Shown here piece after piece: positions 1-9,690 of a DNA stretch of 64,000 nucleotides. The DNA comes from an uncultured virus (IMG/VR IMGVR_UViG_3300033153_007854). Taxonomy: Duplodnaviria; Heunggongvirae; Uroviricota; Caudoviricetes. Position numbers and translations under genes: made by a program. Position 1 is the first letter of the stretch, and each line of letters begins with the position of its first letter. The DNA is taken from IMG/VR virus record IMGVR_UViG_3300033153_007854; one strand, written 5' to 3'. The notes beneath the pieces were generated by a model. The model worked only from the letters and a program-made list of their open reading frames with translations, ran no database searches and had not been told where the DNA came from.

Positions 1-63
1 GAGGGTGAGATGGTAGCCTTCTATCTGAACAGGGACGGCGATGTTGTAATCCGAAGGGCATAA
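1..63 (+). CDS. Possible 3' end of an AbrB/SpoVT-like regulator (partial)
   Basis: Frame 1 reads EGEMVAFYLNRDGDVVIRRA*, like an AbrB C-terminus. An open minus-strand frame starting at 150 is an alternative. Confidence 0.3.
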   Translation, partial: EGEMVAFYLNRDGDVVIRRA

Positions 64-146
64 TCTCATAATGATTTTACAACAGCCATCCCACTTCCGG
101 CAACACTGAACAATCGTTTCCTCTCTCTCAGCTATACATTTCCCGT

Positions 147-1886
147 TCATTTTTGCCACCCAAAGTTCCCTTTTTTCTTTGTCGATATGAGGTCGTCCTC
201 ATGTTTCTTGGTCATCTTCCTGAATTTGGCCTTGTTCTTGTATTTGATGCCACGGTGTCTGCACCAAGTATCGAACACTGAGTTAATCTGGTTGTCCGTT
301 TCCAGAGTTCCGGCCCTGTTCGCTCTCGTGAAGGCTATGGCGATGTCGGGTCTGATGTCCCGACTGGCGATTCTGCCCGCTATCATCGTCCCAGTTCTTC
401 CGTGTCCCGCCATGCAATGAACCATGACCTTGTTTCCTTTCGCCACCTGTTCGTCAACGACCTTGATGAACTTATCCATTTGGCTCTCCGTTGGTGGTGT
501 GAAATCTCTAATTGGTATCCTGATGACTTCAAATTCTTTCTGGAACTGTTTTGATAGGGTCTTCTCTGCTTGGAGTGTGATGATTGCTCCGATTCCATAT
601 TCCTCTTTGAGTGTCGATATGTCAGATTCAATTGGACTCCGGCATCCCAGCACATCTCCGACCCAATCGCAATCTATCCCTGGTTTCTTGTAGGTTGTTA
701 TTGCCTTGTATTCTGGTGGGGCCGCCGTAATGACTTTTTGGATGTGCCACTGTTCTGCGAGTGCCTTCATCGTCGGCACAAGTAGGTGTTTTCCGTCAGT
801 TGTTGTTACTTCGCCATCAAGGTCCACGAAAACAGTTGTATCGTCCTCGAATTCTGCAATTCCAATGAGCTTGTCCCTGGAGCCCTTGTCGGCGTTCACT
901 ATGTACGCATCGCCGATTTCCTCGATACTGAGGGCTTTCCCCAGTACATTCAGTTCCTTGTTGTCGAGATTGGTGTATATGCCAACCTTGACCCCGAGTT
1001 GTCTGAGGGCAGTGATGAGTTGGATTGCTCTTTCATCTAGGATGAAGTCGCATGGCTGATTCCATACTTTGGTCGGATTGCTCTCTTGTAGTTTATAGTG
1101 GGAATTCTCATAGAAGCAGGTATCCTTCACCTTGTCCCATGCAACTTTTCCCCCGCCTGGTTCTTCGACCCTGATTAAATTAATGTCCCCGTCTGATGTA
1201 AGAGGGAGAAGGACGGCCTCTGGGAGTGCGAATTCCTTTAAGAGTTTATCTTTGGGGGGTAGGGCTTCCTTCTTTGCTTTTGGCTTTACATCAGTTCCGA
1301 ACAGGTCGTCCCAGTCCTCGTCAATAAGTTCTGACCATTCCACGGCAATGTCCTGTAGCGTCATCTTCTCGTATAGATTGGCATAATCCATAGCAGTGAC
1401 CGAAGTAGGTTCAATTAGAACGAAGTCTGATTCTATGCTCAAGCCCACCTCTTTTGGTTTAAATATTTCAGTCTCCGCCAGCACAATGTCAAATTGTTCT
1501 GGTGATAACCCATCGGCATCCAATAGATTCGTGATTGTGTCATACTCTACTCTTGAGTATATGACAGTCTTGATGCCTTTGCCTTTGAGATTTTCCAAGA
1601 GGTTGAGGGCTTGCCTATTAATTTCGAATGTGCAATCTGGATTGTTGATGGTATCTAGTTCATTCTCTACCTTCCAGAATGTGTCAGAGTTTCTTCCCGA
1701 GAAGCATTTCTCGCCGAGGTCCGATGATTTGACCTGTTTGCCATTCTGGGTGACTTTGAGAAGACCCGTATCACCTTCGGACATTAGCGGCATGACTATG
1801 GTTGATGGCATTCCCCGCTCTTTCATCAGGGCGTCGAACTGTTGCCATTTCCTGCCTTTCTTTCCTTTGGTCAATCGTGGGCTCAT
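147..1886 (-). CDS. Cys-dependent protein tyrosine/dual-specificity phosphatase with two N-terminal degenerate HAD-like repeats
   Basis: C-terminal HCMAGHGRTG (CX5R loop), IRDFTPP acid loop, ETDNQ Q-loop; the N-terminal part is two homologous repeats resembling MDP-1 but lacking DxD. Confidence 0.85.
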   Translation of the reverse strand: MSPRLTKGKKGRKWQQFDALMKERGMPSTIVMPLMSEGDTGLLKVTQNGKQVKSSDLGEKCFSGRNSDTFWKVENELDTINNPDCTFEINRQALNLLENLKGKGIKTVIYSRVEYDTITNLLDADGLSPEQFDIVLAETEIFKPKEVGLSIESDFVLIEPTSVTAMDYANLYEKMTLQDIAVEWSELIDEDWDDLFGTDVKPKAKKEALPPKDKLLKEFALPEAVLLPLTSDGDINLIRVEEPGGGKVAWDKVKDTCFYENSHYKLQESNPTKVWNQPCDFILDERAIQLITALRQLGVKVGIYTNLDNKELNVLGKALSIEEIGDAYIVNADKGSRDKLIGIAEFEDDTTVFVDLDGEVTTTDGKHLLVPTMKALAEQWHIQKVITAAPPEYKAITTYKKPGIDCDWVGDVLGCRSPIESDISTLKEEYGIGAIITLQAEKTLSKQFQKEFEVIRIPIRDFTPPTESQMDKFIKVVDEQVAKGNKVMVHCMAGHGRTGTMIAGRIASRDIRPDIAIAFTRANRAGTLETDNQINSVFDTWCRHRGIKYKNKAKFRKMTKKHEDDLISTKKKGNFGWQK

Positions 1887-2971
1887 TTCTTACCCTCCTT
1901 TGTCTTCCAGGCATCGAACTTCTTCTTTGTGGATGGTTTCCATTCGCCTTTCTTGTGGCATCCCTTCTGTTGATACAGTTCGGCTAGAGTAGAGGCAGAA
2001 CTGCAATGGTGCGGGAATCCTTCGTTGCAAGCCTTCAGGCAGATTAAGAGGTCAGGCTGCTTCTCAGAAGGTATCGGGGTTCCCAGGTCTTGGATTTCCC
2101 GGTAGATTCGTTTGAATAGATATTCGTGGCCTTCCTCCACAAAATCCCCATCCTTGGTGGATGATGCCATGGCTGTTAAGATGCCCATTTCTTTTGGTTC
2201 TTTGAGCGTCTTCTTGACCCAGAAGGTTGTTGCTGTCTGTTCTTTGCCCTTCATTATTTCCCAGCCAGCACTCAGGAGAGCCTTCTTCAAGTTCTCAGCC
2301 CGTACCGCTTTATAATCTTTATAGTTGATTTCGACATCCCGCCAGTCTCCGCCCTCCGGCATATCTTCATCAAATGACAAGCTGTAAGGATAGATGTCCA
2401 TGGCGTGGTATCCCATCTTCATCTGTATCCTGTCTTGCATAACTATCTGACTGGCCCCATATTTTTCTTCAACGTAGTCGAAGATTGACTCGCAACCTGA
2501 TATGACCCAATCATCCACTAGCTTTTCTGCTCCAGCCCCGATGATGCATTTACCTACTTTTCCCTCGGAGCCCACCATGCCGACAGCCATATCGTGTACG
2601 GAGGCAGCTAGTCCGTTGATGCCGCATGATGCGGAGCCCATCAGATTATCGGTCCCCTTGTCGCAGTGGATACCTTTGAGGCCAGTTTCCTTGGCCCATT
2701 TCTTGTGGATGGCTTTGGCCTCACAGCTACCCTCGATTGATTCGACCATGCATCCGAAGATGTCAATGAACTTTCTGTGTTCATCCCCCATGAACTTCAG
2801 GTGGCCATTGGCTAGAGCGTCTGATACTGCTTGGTTGGACATTATCATAAGGTCGAGTAATTCGGTCCTGTAATTGTCGCCACCGAGTCCGACTGTGATT
2901 CCTACGTCGTGAAGGGCTTTCTGAACGCCGAACAAGTGCTTCCCCATCTTAGTCTTCGAAACGACGACCAT
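1883..2971 (-). CDS. Hypothetical protein, paralogue of 2972-4036
   Basis: 362 aa; shares H.M..G.V...C.IG.G...DDW...C...G.H...DED with its neighbour. Confidence 0.75.
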   Translation of the reverse strand: MVVVSKTKMGKHLFGVQKALHDVGITVGLGGDNYRTELLDLMIMSNQAVSDALANGHLKFMGDEHRKFIDIFGCMVESIEGSCEAKAIHKKWAKETGLKGIHCDKGTDNLMGSASCGINGLAASVHDMAVGMVGSEGKVGKCIIGAGAEKLVDDWVISGCESIFDYVEEKYGASQIVMQDRIQMKMGYHAMDIYPYSLSFDEDMPEGGDWRDVEINYKDYKAVRAENLKKALLSAGWEIMKGKEQTATTFWVKKTLKEPKEMGILTAMASSTKDGDFVEEGHEYLFKRIYREIQDLGTPIPSEKQPDLLICLKACNEGFPHHCSSASTLAELYQQKGCHKKGEWKPSTKKKFDAWKTKEGKK

Positions 2972-4036
2972 CTATGCACCCCCAGGTTTCCATTCGGTGG
3001 CATAGTAATTTCCATATCCCTTGGAAATCTTGGAAATGAATTCATTATCATCCATCTTCGCATCAACCTCTAGTATGTGTTCCCAAAGTTTCTTCATGCC
3101 TTTCGGAATCGGTTCGCATGGGGTCTGGATGTCCCAATCTTTGATATTTGTGAATAGCATGGCCACCTTTCTTGCGTCCTTGGTTGGAATGAAGCCCTCG
3201 AATTGAGTTACTACTCCCTTGCTGGCCTCTTTGTTGATTGAGAGTCCTTTCTTGACCTCTCCAGTCTCTTCATCCATAAATGAGAACAACTTGTTCTTCT
3301 GTAGAACTCCTTTTACCGCTTTGGTCCTATGTTTGCTACACTTGTACCCAGATGATTCGTGATATTCTATTTCAACGGAATCGCAGGTTGGTACACCCAG
3401 TACCTCCATGCAAGTATCCTCATCCCACTCGTTGAAGCGTACCTTAACGCTGTGCATTCCGAGGTGGTCGTGTATCTCCTGGTCTTTGAGGACGGCGGAA
3501 CCCGTCGCACCGAGGCAGTATGCGTAGGCCCAATCATCGGCAGTGCCGTCCCCTATCTTGCATCCGCCATGGATGCTTCCCACAACAGCTCCTTTGCCCA
3601 TGAAATGTAGATTGTTGAGGATGACGTTGAACGCTGTCATCTTTCCGATTCCCTCTATTACTTCGGTCTTGTCCTGCTCAGAATCTTGTCCAATGATGAC
3701 GTTGGCCGTGTCTATTCCTGGTGGGATGAGGACTTCTTCACCGTCAATGAAAGCTCTTTGCGAATGCCTGAGAAGTGATTCGGCCCCCTTGAAATAATCT
3801 TCCGCCTGTTCATAGCACTGTTTGTTCGTCATCTTGAACATCTTTTTGCACATCCCAGGACTCTGGGATGCCCCGCATTCCACGGCCACCCTCAAATCGC
3901 CCCTGGTTCGATTGATTAATTCCTCAAACTTTGCCCTTGGAATCGTGAATCCGTGAGACTCGTAGAACTTCTGAATATCGCCCCACATATTATGGAGTGC
4001 GGTATTGCTCTCCAGTAGTTGAACACATGAGGTCAT
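2972..4036 (-). CDS. Hypothetical protein, paralogue of 1883-2971
   Basis: 354 aa, abutting both neighbours; same shared motif block. Confidence 0.75.
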   Translation of the reverse strand: MTSCVQLLESNTALHNMWGDIQKFYESHGFTIPRAKFEELINRTRGDLRVAVECGASQSPGMCKKMFKMTNKQCYEQAEDYFKGAESLLRHSQRAFIDGEEVLIPPGIDTANVIIGQDSEQDKTEVIEGIGKMTAFNVILNNLHFMGKGAVVGSIHGGCKIGDGTADDWAYAYCLGATGSAVLKDQEIHDHLGMHSVKVRFNEWDEDTCMEVLGVPTCDSVEIEYHESSGYKCSKHRTKAVKGVLQKNKLFSFMDEETGEVKKGLSINKEASKGVVTQFEGFIPTKDARKVAMLFTNIKDWDIQTPCEPIPKGMKKLWEHILEVDAKMDDNEFISKISKGYGNYYATEWKPGGA

Positions 4037-4848
4037 CAGGCCGTACCCCCTTCCTCGACCATCTCATACGACTGTTCGGCCATTGATATGTATCCCTGTT
4101 TGGGGAGCTTGATGTTCAGGCCCAGGTCTTTCTTAGCCTTCTGCTTGATTGTTTTTGCATCCGTGTCTATCTCTTGGAGTTCGCCCAAGGTCGGGTAGAA
4201 TTTGATGCGATTCTTTTTTGAACCTTTCTTTGAAACCTTCATACCCTTGGGTTTCGTTTTTATGAATTTCGGTGATGTATTTACAAGCTTTGCTTTCTCT
4301 GGATTTTCGAACATCGGGTCTATCATTCTGAATTTGTTCTTGTTGAATTGTTCGTTTGTGCCAGTCTCACATCCAATGCCCCGGATTACTTTGCCGTTGA
4401 TGTGATGGACCTGTGTTGTTGATGTCACCAGGACAATCGTACCTTCTTTGCACCCCCCAAGATGATTGATTGCCTCTGTCATTATCACAACATCGCCGAC
4501 CTTGACGTTAGGGCTGAAAGTGTTGAGGCATTCCTTTGGAACGCCGCTTGTGAACTTTCCGTTGCGCCATTTCACATCGGCCTTTTCTGTTTGTTTGATG
4601 TCCCCCGTTGAATTCTTGATGTCCCCTAGAACGTCACCCGGTATTCCGGCGAGCATTTTACACACGCCGCTCTCCGACCTTGTACCGACAGTATCTCCCT
4701 GTTGCCATTTTGTCTCTTTTTGCATCCAGAGCGTGATGTCCTGAACCTGCATGATGCTCTCCGGGTCGAGCTTGTCTAATGGGAATGTGTATTCCTGATG
4801 AATCAGGATTAGGTCACGGTTATAATCTGCCTTCTTCTTCTTAGGCAT
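4036..4848 (-). CDS. Lys-rich hypothetical protein
   Basis: 270 aa ORF with start/stop overlaps on both sides. Confidence 0.7.
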   Translation of the reverse strand: MPKKKKADYNRDLILIHQEYTFPLDKLDPESIMQVQDITLWMQKETKWQQGDTVGTRSESGVCKMLAGIPGDVLGDIKNSTGDIKQTEKADVKWRNGKFTSGVPKECLNTFSPNVKVGDVVIMTEAINHLGGCKEGTIVLVTSTTQVHHINGKVIRGIGCETGTNEQFNKNKFRMIDPMFENPEKAKLVNTSPKFIKTKPKGMKVSKKGSKKNRIKFYPTLGELQEIDTDAKTIKQKAKKDLGLNIKLPKQGYISMAEQSYEMVEEGGTA

Positions 4849-6007
4849 CGGCTTTCACCCCCTCAAAGTATTTCAGAATGTCGTGATAATCTTCAATCGT
4901 AGTGGCGTCCATCACTGGGAGCTGTCCTTCGAATCGTTTCTTCACATCTGATAGGTTGTTGTCCCGGTCATCAATGAATAGAGCGAATTCGTCTGGTATG
5001 CACTGTCTCTGGTTTCTGAAGTGGTCGAGGCCCTGTAGGATGTTCGATGGCTTGCTGATTGCCTCAATTCCCAGGTAGTCGAAATATTGAGCTATTCCGA
5101 TTTGTTCCATGGCGTGTGAAACGGGCTTGAACGGGTTGTTGCTCGCCATTGATATAATGATTCCGTTCTGCTTGAGGATTTCCAGTGTTTCACGGAGTCC
5201 CTTCTTCACCTTGATTTTGCATTTGCCGTTTGACCAGACATCGTTCTTCTTGTCAATCCGTGTATATGGTTTCATCCCACAGTTTCCTACGATGTGGCTC
5301 CCACCTGATGTCTTGGCATCCCAGACAGTTCCATCGGCGTCCAGTATCAGCATCTCGTATGCTTTCTTAGGTGGCTTTGGCCATTTCTTCTTTCTTCCAA
5401 TATCCCACTCGAATTTTTGTCTGGATGTAGCCTCCTCGTATTCACCTGATTCCGGGTCGAACTGCATTAGAGTGACAGGTTGTAACTGTTTCCCTTTGGT
5501 TTGATAGTAATCGTCGTATGCTTGCTGGATTTCATCATCGTCGAAATCTGTTTGCCCAAGGCCACATTCTTCTATTAACCCCGTGAAACCGATTCCCGAG
5601 ATGCCGCATATTTTAGTGATTGGGAGTTTCGGATAATGATTATCGGGAGCATCCGAAACTAATATGATGTCCCTGTCTGATTTATCCATAGCGTTCTCCA
5701 GCATTTTAGTCTTGTTCGGTATATTGAGTGCTTTCATCAGCCTTTTGGCATCTCTCTGGCGGTGATTCGATATTCCGGTTGCAATCATGCCCTGCATTTT
5801 AAGTTCTTTGATGAAATCCATGAGCCCCGTTTGCCTCGTTATGATGCAATCCTTAGTTTCAACCGCCCATTCCTGTTCATCCTGCCCCATTATCTTAGTT
5901 GATGTCTTGAAGCACTTCCACCATTTGGTTTTCTTTCCAGTATTCTTTGATATTGCGAATATGCCACCATCGTCAAGGTCAATCGCTACCAAAGGTGCTT
6001 TTGCCAT
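4841..6007 (-). CDS. MDP-1-like HAD phosphatase preceded by a degenerate HAD domain
   Basis: C-terminal domain has LDADGTVW (motif I), MASNN (II), K (III) and FIDDR..N (IV); the N-terminal domain begins VAIDLDD. Confidence 0.8.
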   Translation of the reverse strand: MAKAPLVAIDLDDGGIFAISKNTGKKTKWWKCFKTSTKIMGQDEQEWAVETKDCIITRQTGLMDFIKELKMQGMIATGISNHRQRDAKRLMKALNIPNKTKMLENAMDKSDRDIILVSDAPDNHYPKLPITKICGISGIGFTGLIEECGLGQTDFDDDEIQQAYDDYYQTKGKQLQPVTLMQFDPESGEYEEATSRQKFEWDIGRKKKWPKPPKKAYEMLILDADGTVWDAKTSGGSHIVGNCGMKPYTRIDKKNDVWSNGKCKIKVKKGLRETLEILKQNGIIISMASNNPFKPVSHAMEQIGIAQYFDYLGIEAISKPSNILQGLDHFRNQRQCIPDEFALFIDDRDNNLSDVKKRFEGQLPVMDATTIEDYHDILKYFEGVKADA

Positions 6008-6041
6008 CTGGGAACTCCAATCCGAGTTACTTCATAAAAAG

Positions 6042-6063
6042 TATATATATGTTTGTTATCAAT
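6042..6063 (-). promoter_or_regulatory. Class II conserved promoter (ATTGATAACAAACATATATATA)
   Basis: 22-bp repeat copy about 35 nt upstream of ATG 6007. Confidence 0.8.
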
Positions 6064-6105
6064 CCATGGGCATATGGGTGTTGCAATTGCTCGTTCCTAC
6101 CGTCT

Positions 6106-6435
6106 TCAATAACTCCGTTCACGGCGGAACTCCGGTAATTCCCCCATGCCCGAGCGTCGTCTTCTCAGCAGGCCGAACCTACGATTGTTCTCTACCTCGG
6201 CCATCCTGACGATGTGGAGTGCCGCCGTACTGTTCTTGAGGTGATTCGTGCCATCTATAATAATGCGGCCATCACTAAAAACTATAGATTCGTCGAAAAA
6301 CTTCTGGTCGTTGAACGAACAGACTAGAGCCAGGCTATCCAAACGGCCCCTCGACTTCACTCGGCATAATCTATGGAGATGTTTATCTTCAAGTTCGGAT
6401 TCTAGCTCTCTGATGAATCCATCTGGTTCGGTCAT
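6106..6435 (-). CDS. Hypothetical protein
   Basis: 109 aa ORF with a GAGGGG RBS. Confidence 0.55.
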   Translation of the reverse strand: MTEPDGFIRELESELEDKHLHRLCRVKSRGRLDSLALVCSFNDQKFFDESIVFSDGRIIIDGTNHLKNSTAALHIVRMAEVENNRRFGLLRRRRSGMGELPEFRRERSY

Positions 6436-6447
6436 TCTATGACCCCT

Positions 6448-6978
6448 CTACCCGATGGTCCTGAACATGACATCGCACCCACCAGGAACGACTTGGGGCT
6501 TCGGGCAACTCTTTGACTTTATCTTATTGGCAACTGTAGCGGCATCACCGACGTTCTTGGCGCAGGCAACTGTCTTCTTCCCGCACTTTATGGCCACGCC
6601 GGACTTCTTCTTGGCCTTCTTCTTCTTCGGTTTGGCCTTCTTGACCGGGGCCTTCTTCTTCCGTTTGGTCTTCTTGGCTTTGGGGTGGGGGGCCCTTTTA
6701 GGGCCTTTCCTTCTCAACTTGGGGTGCTTGGCGGTCTTCAGCATTCTGCTACCGATTGCGAAGTTGTCTATGCCCTTGCTGTCCACGATATTCACATGGG
6801 TAGACCAGAATTCCTTTGCTTCCGGTGATGCCTCCTTGCCAACGTCGGTCATGAAGGCGTGGAAGTAGCCATATCCAGGCTTCTTTGGCATCTTCTGTCT
6901 TTGAGACTTCCACTGCTTGAACTCTGTGGTCGCCATGATTGCCTTTCTCTGTGCAGGAGTATAGTGTCTTCCGCCCAT
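6448..6978 (-). CDS. Highly basic Lys/Arg-rich protein, possibly nucleic-acid condensing
   Basis: KAKKTKRKKKAPVKKAKPKKKKAKKKS tract; directly downstream of a class II promoter. Confidence 0.65.
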   Translation of the reverse strand: MGGRHYTPAQRKAIMATTEFKQWKSQRQKMPKKPGYGYFHAFMTDVGKEASPEAKEFWSTHVNIVDSKGIDNFAIGSRMLKTAKHPKLRRKGPKRAPHPKAKKTKRKKKAPVKKAKPKKKKAKKKSGVAIKCGKKTVACAKNVGDAATVANKIKSKSCPKPQVVPGGCDVMFRTIG

Positions 6979-7012
6979 GTGAATCGCTCCATCCTCAACA
7001 TTTCGTAGTTTG

Positions 7013-7034
7013 TATATATACGTTTGTAATCAAT
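7013..7034 (-). promoter_or_regulatory. Class II conserved promoter (perfect consensus)
   Basis: ATTGATTACAAACGTATATATA about 35 nt upstream of ATG 6978. Confidence 0.85.
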
Positions 7035-8440
7035 TAAGTCATTATCTTCTTTGCTTTGATGATTTGTATAGGATGCCAGTAAGGGTGCTTCTGCTTCTCG
7101 AATATGGCCTGGAAGTCGAGATTGACCCTTGGAACCTTGGGCTTTGTGGGTTTCTTCGGCTTGGTTGGAATTTCCGCAGGTATCTTTCCTATCTTTTCAA
7201 CGGCATTCTCAGTTAGCCAGTATGTATTACCTATCGCATTTTGAACTTTGATTGTTGAGTCCCCGGAATCTTTACCTACTACTGTGACTTTTTGCTGTTC
7301 CAAGAACGCTTTATAATCTTCTTCTTCGAGTGGTTGTAATTTGGATATGATGGCTTTTGTGGCATTGTATAATGACTCATATGGTTTGACTATCAACTTG
7401 TCCCCTGCAAAGATTTCATCGAATTGAGCAGAACTGGCTTCTAATGATTCCGTTAGATGCTCTGTTTTCCATAGCCAACCCTCTGCATTCACTTGATTGA
7501 GCAGTTCTGGTTCAAGTTTGTCAATCTTGATGTATTTTCCCGCAAGTTCTTTCATTGGGATTACATTTATTTTTGATTCTTCATCGGTTACCTTGACCCA
7601 CATCCCAGGCTTGAGAGATTCGAGTTGTATTGAGTCTCCAAAGAATTCTTTAAATAATTGTATGGCTTGTTCATCCGGGGGTTGTGATATGTTGGAATAT
7701 GTGTTAATCCAATCCGTAATATCATGCCCCTGGATGGCGTTGATTTCCTCCTTAGATAATGTATGTACCTTGTTGCCGCCAATCACGCATTCGTAGGCTG
7801 GTTTTCCATCGAATGTGAAAGCGTCGAAACGGCATAATCCTTCGAAGAGTATAGGTGAACCTATAACTTCTGGGATGTCTATTGTCCCAGTTTTAAAGCA
7901 GGCTCTAGCTTCTCCCCCCATCTGTAGGTCGAAATCAATGCAGGTCACGCCTTTGTCGCCTATTGTATTTCTTAATTTGCCCGTTGGGTTATTGATGAAC
8001 TTGTATTTTGCTTTCTCATGTTCTTTGCTCTTGAAGTCGCTGAAGAGTCCTGCACAAGTGCCGAATGATGCCTTGAGTTGTAGACCCACCAGTGATACAT
8101 TGTGTTGTTCTTTGAGCGGATTATGGAACATGAACGGGTCGTATAATCTTGGATGCTTGGAATACGGGGGTTTGATGACGGTCCAGACCTTTGATTTGCC
8201 CACGCTGTCCGGCTTTGTGAAGAATGTTCTACATTGCCCGTTACCTGTTTCATCGTCGAGCCCGATGGCATAAATGTCATTTCCGATATGTTTAACTCCG
8301 AAATCGGACCCCTGTTTGAATATCTGTTTGCACATCTCTTTTGCATTGGGTCCAACTGGTTTGCCCTCTTTCTTTTCGCATAGTTCTTTAAGATGCGAGT
8401 AGGCAGCCTGCCCTAGCTTTTCCGGGTCGAACTTGGGCAT
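7034..8440 (-). CDS. Hypothetical protein with possible SH3/KOW-like repeats
   Basis: 468 aa; KPGMWVKV...WLWKTEHL and AGDKLIVK...YWLTENAV segments resemble one in 41931-43475. Confidence 0.7.
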   Translation of the reverse strand: MPKFDPEKLGQAAYSHLKELCEKKEGKPVGPNAKEMCKQIFKQGSDFGVKHIGNDIYAIGLDDETGNGQCRTFFTKPDSVGKSKVWTVIKPPYSKHPRLYDPFMFHNPLKEQHNVSLVGLQLKASFGTCAGLFSDFKSKEHEKAKYKFINNPTGKLRNTIGDKGVTCIDFDLQMGGEARACFKTGTIDIPEVIGSPILFEGLCRFDAFTFDGKPAYECVIGGNKVHTLSKEEINAIQGHDITDWINTYSNISQPPDEQAIQLFKEFFGDSIQLESLKPGMWVKVTDEESKINVIPMKELAGKYIKIDKLEPELLNQVNAEGWLWKTEHLTESLEASSAQFDEIFAGDKLIVKPYESLYNATKAIISKLQPLEEEDYKAFLEQQKVTVVGKDSGDSTIKVQNAIGNTYWLTENAVEKIGKIPAEIPTKPKKPTKPKVPRVNLDFQAIFEKQKHPYWHPIQIIKAKKIMT

Positions 8441-8446
8441 TGGCTA

Positions 8447-8764
8447 TCACATCCTGTATTTCGCCCCAGCCCTCCTCCAGAAGTGAAATTCCAGAGCTGA
8501 TAAGAAGAATAAGATAACCAGTAGAACAGTGACTTTTATCCACAGAGGGATGCTGTATTGCTCGATAGCATCCAACAATGGTTGCTGGATGACGGTTGCA
8601 ATCAAGATGCTGACCAGGCCCGATATGATGATGGCCGTGAAGACGAACAAGTATGCGTCACGCTTGCGGGCTGAGAAGAACCAGTCCTTCTCTTCTACGC
8701 AGACTTCTCGTTTTTCGTCCCATTCGTATCCTTCGGGACATTTGCTCTCTTTCTTCTTTGCCAT
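8447..8764 (-). CDS. Two-TM membrane protein with an N-terminal CPxGxxWx6C motif
   Basis: Start reassigned to MAKKKESKCPEGYEWDEKREVC; two hydrophobic helices. Confidence 0.7.
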   Translation of the reverse strand: MAKKKESKCPEGYEWDEKREVCVEEKDWFFSARKRDAYLFVFTAIIISGLVSILIATVIQQPLLDAIEQYSIPLWIKVTVLLVILFFLSALEFHFWRRAGAKYRM

Positions 8765-8772
8765 TATCCTAC

Positions 8773-8991
8773 CTACTGACCTTTGAATGGTTGAGCGCAC
8801 ACGCCGATGTCCTCGTCTTCTGCTAGACTGTTGAAGCAAGCTTCGTAATCCTTGATTGTCTCCCTGATTTGACCTGGCTTGACGAACTTCTCGCCGCTGA
8901 TGAGTTGTTCAACAAGCTCATCCTGGGCCTCATCGTCATCCGGGTAGATTGCTTCGGCAAACCCGAACAGGTCTTGCTTTATTGCACCCAT
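8773..8991 (-). CDS. Small acidic hypothetical protein
   Basis: 72 aa ORF that fills the operon gap. Confidence 0.6.
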   Translation of the reverse strand: MGAIKQDLFGFAEAIYPDDDEAQDELVEQLISGEKFVKPGQIRETIKDYEACFNSLAEDEDIGVCAQPFKGQ

Positions 8992-9002
8992 TTATATCGC
9001 CT

Positions 9003-9356
9003 CTATGATAGCATCCAGTTCAATAGTACGAAGTCCGCACTCCACAGTAGGGCGGCAATGATGTAGCCCCTGATTCCGAATGGTGGTATGAATGGCAGAG
9101 CTGTCAGGAAGCCTATGATGGCGAATATAGCCAGGATGACGTATGGTGCGGCGGTGTATTTGAAGTCATCCAATTTGTCTGACCATGTTTGCTCGTTGGT
9201 TTCGTTCGCTCTGGCCCGGAGTTCCTCTACGTCCGAGTTCGTCCTTACCTGGGTGTTATAGGTGTCGCAGATGGTGTATAGGACCACTGCAAAGAGGAGG
9301 GCCGCCATGAGTAGTGCGCCTAGTTTATAGGCTCTGCATTCAGACTTCTCCTTCAT
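9003..9356 (-). CDS. Membrane protein (3 TM)
   Basis: Hydrophobic segments; follows a class II promoter. Confidence 0.7.
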   Translation of the reverse strand: MKEKSECRAYKLGALLMAALLFAVVLYTICDTYNTQVRTNSDVEELRARANETNEQTWSDKLDDFKYTAAPYVILAIFAIIGFLTALPFIPPFGIRGYIIAALLWSADFVLLNWMLS

Positions 9357-9385
9357 GTTATCGGACAGTTTGAGCGTATAGTTTC

Positions 9386-9407
9386 TATATATATGTTTGT
9401 ACTCAAT
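9386..9407 (-). promoter_or_regulatory. Class II conserved promoter (ATTGAGTACAAACATATATATA)
   Basis: 22-bp copy about 30 nt upstream of ATG 9356. Confidence 0.8.
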
Positions 9408-9667
9408 TATTTCTTGGTCTTCTTGAGGCGAACCTTCTTGGTCTTTTTATCAATGGTCAGCTTCTTGGGGAGAGTGGTTCTAGTGTATTTCCGGCCACGC
9501 CATTCATAGTGGACCTTGCGCTTGTTCTGTAGCCTTATGGTATGGTGTTCTGAGCCGTCCCTCAACGCATGGAGGGCGTCTTCTAGTGCCATGATGTATC
9601 TTCCGCAGAACTCGCCTTTTGCATTATCTAGCAAACTCTCTATTATCCTCTCGTCTTTTCTGCTCAT
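9407..9667 (-). CDS. Small basic hypothetical protein
   Basis: 86 aa with a GGAG RBS. Confidence 0.6.
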   Translation of the reverse strand: MSRKDERIIESLLDNAKGEFCGRYIMALEDALHALRDGSEHHTIRLQNKRKVHYEWRGRKYTRTTLPKKLTIDKKTKKVRLKKTKK

Positions 9668-9690
9668 GTTACTATCTCCTTATCGTCGTC

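Noticed and set aside
1..150. Cys-rich minus-strand ORF starting at 150 and running off the window
   Set aside because: It conflicts with the AbrB-like plus-strand reading and cannot be resolved at the window edge.
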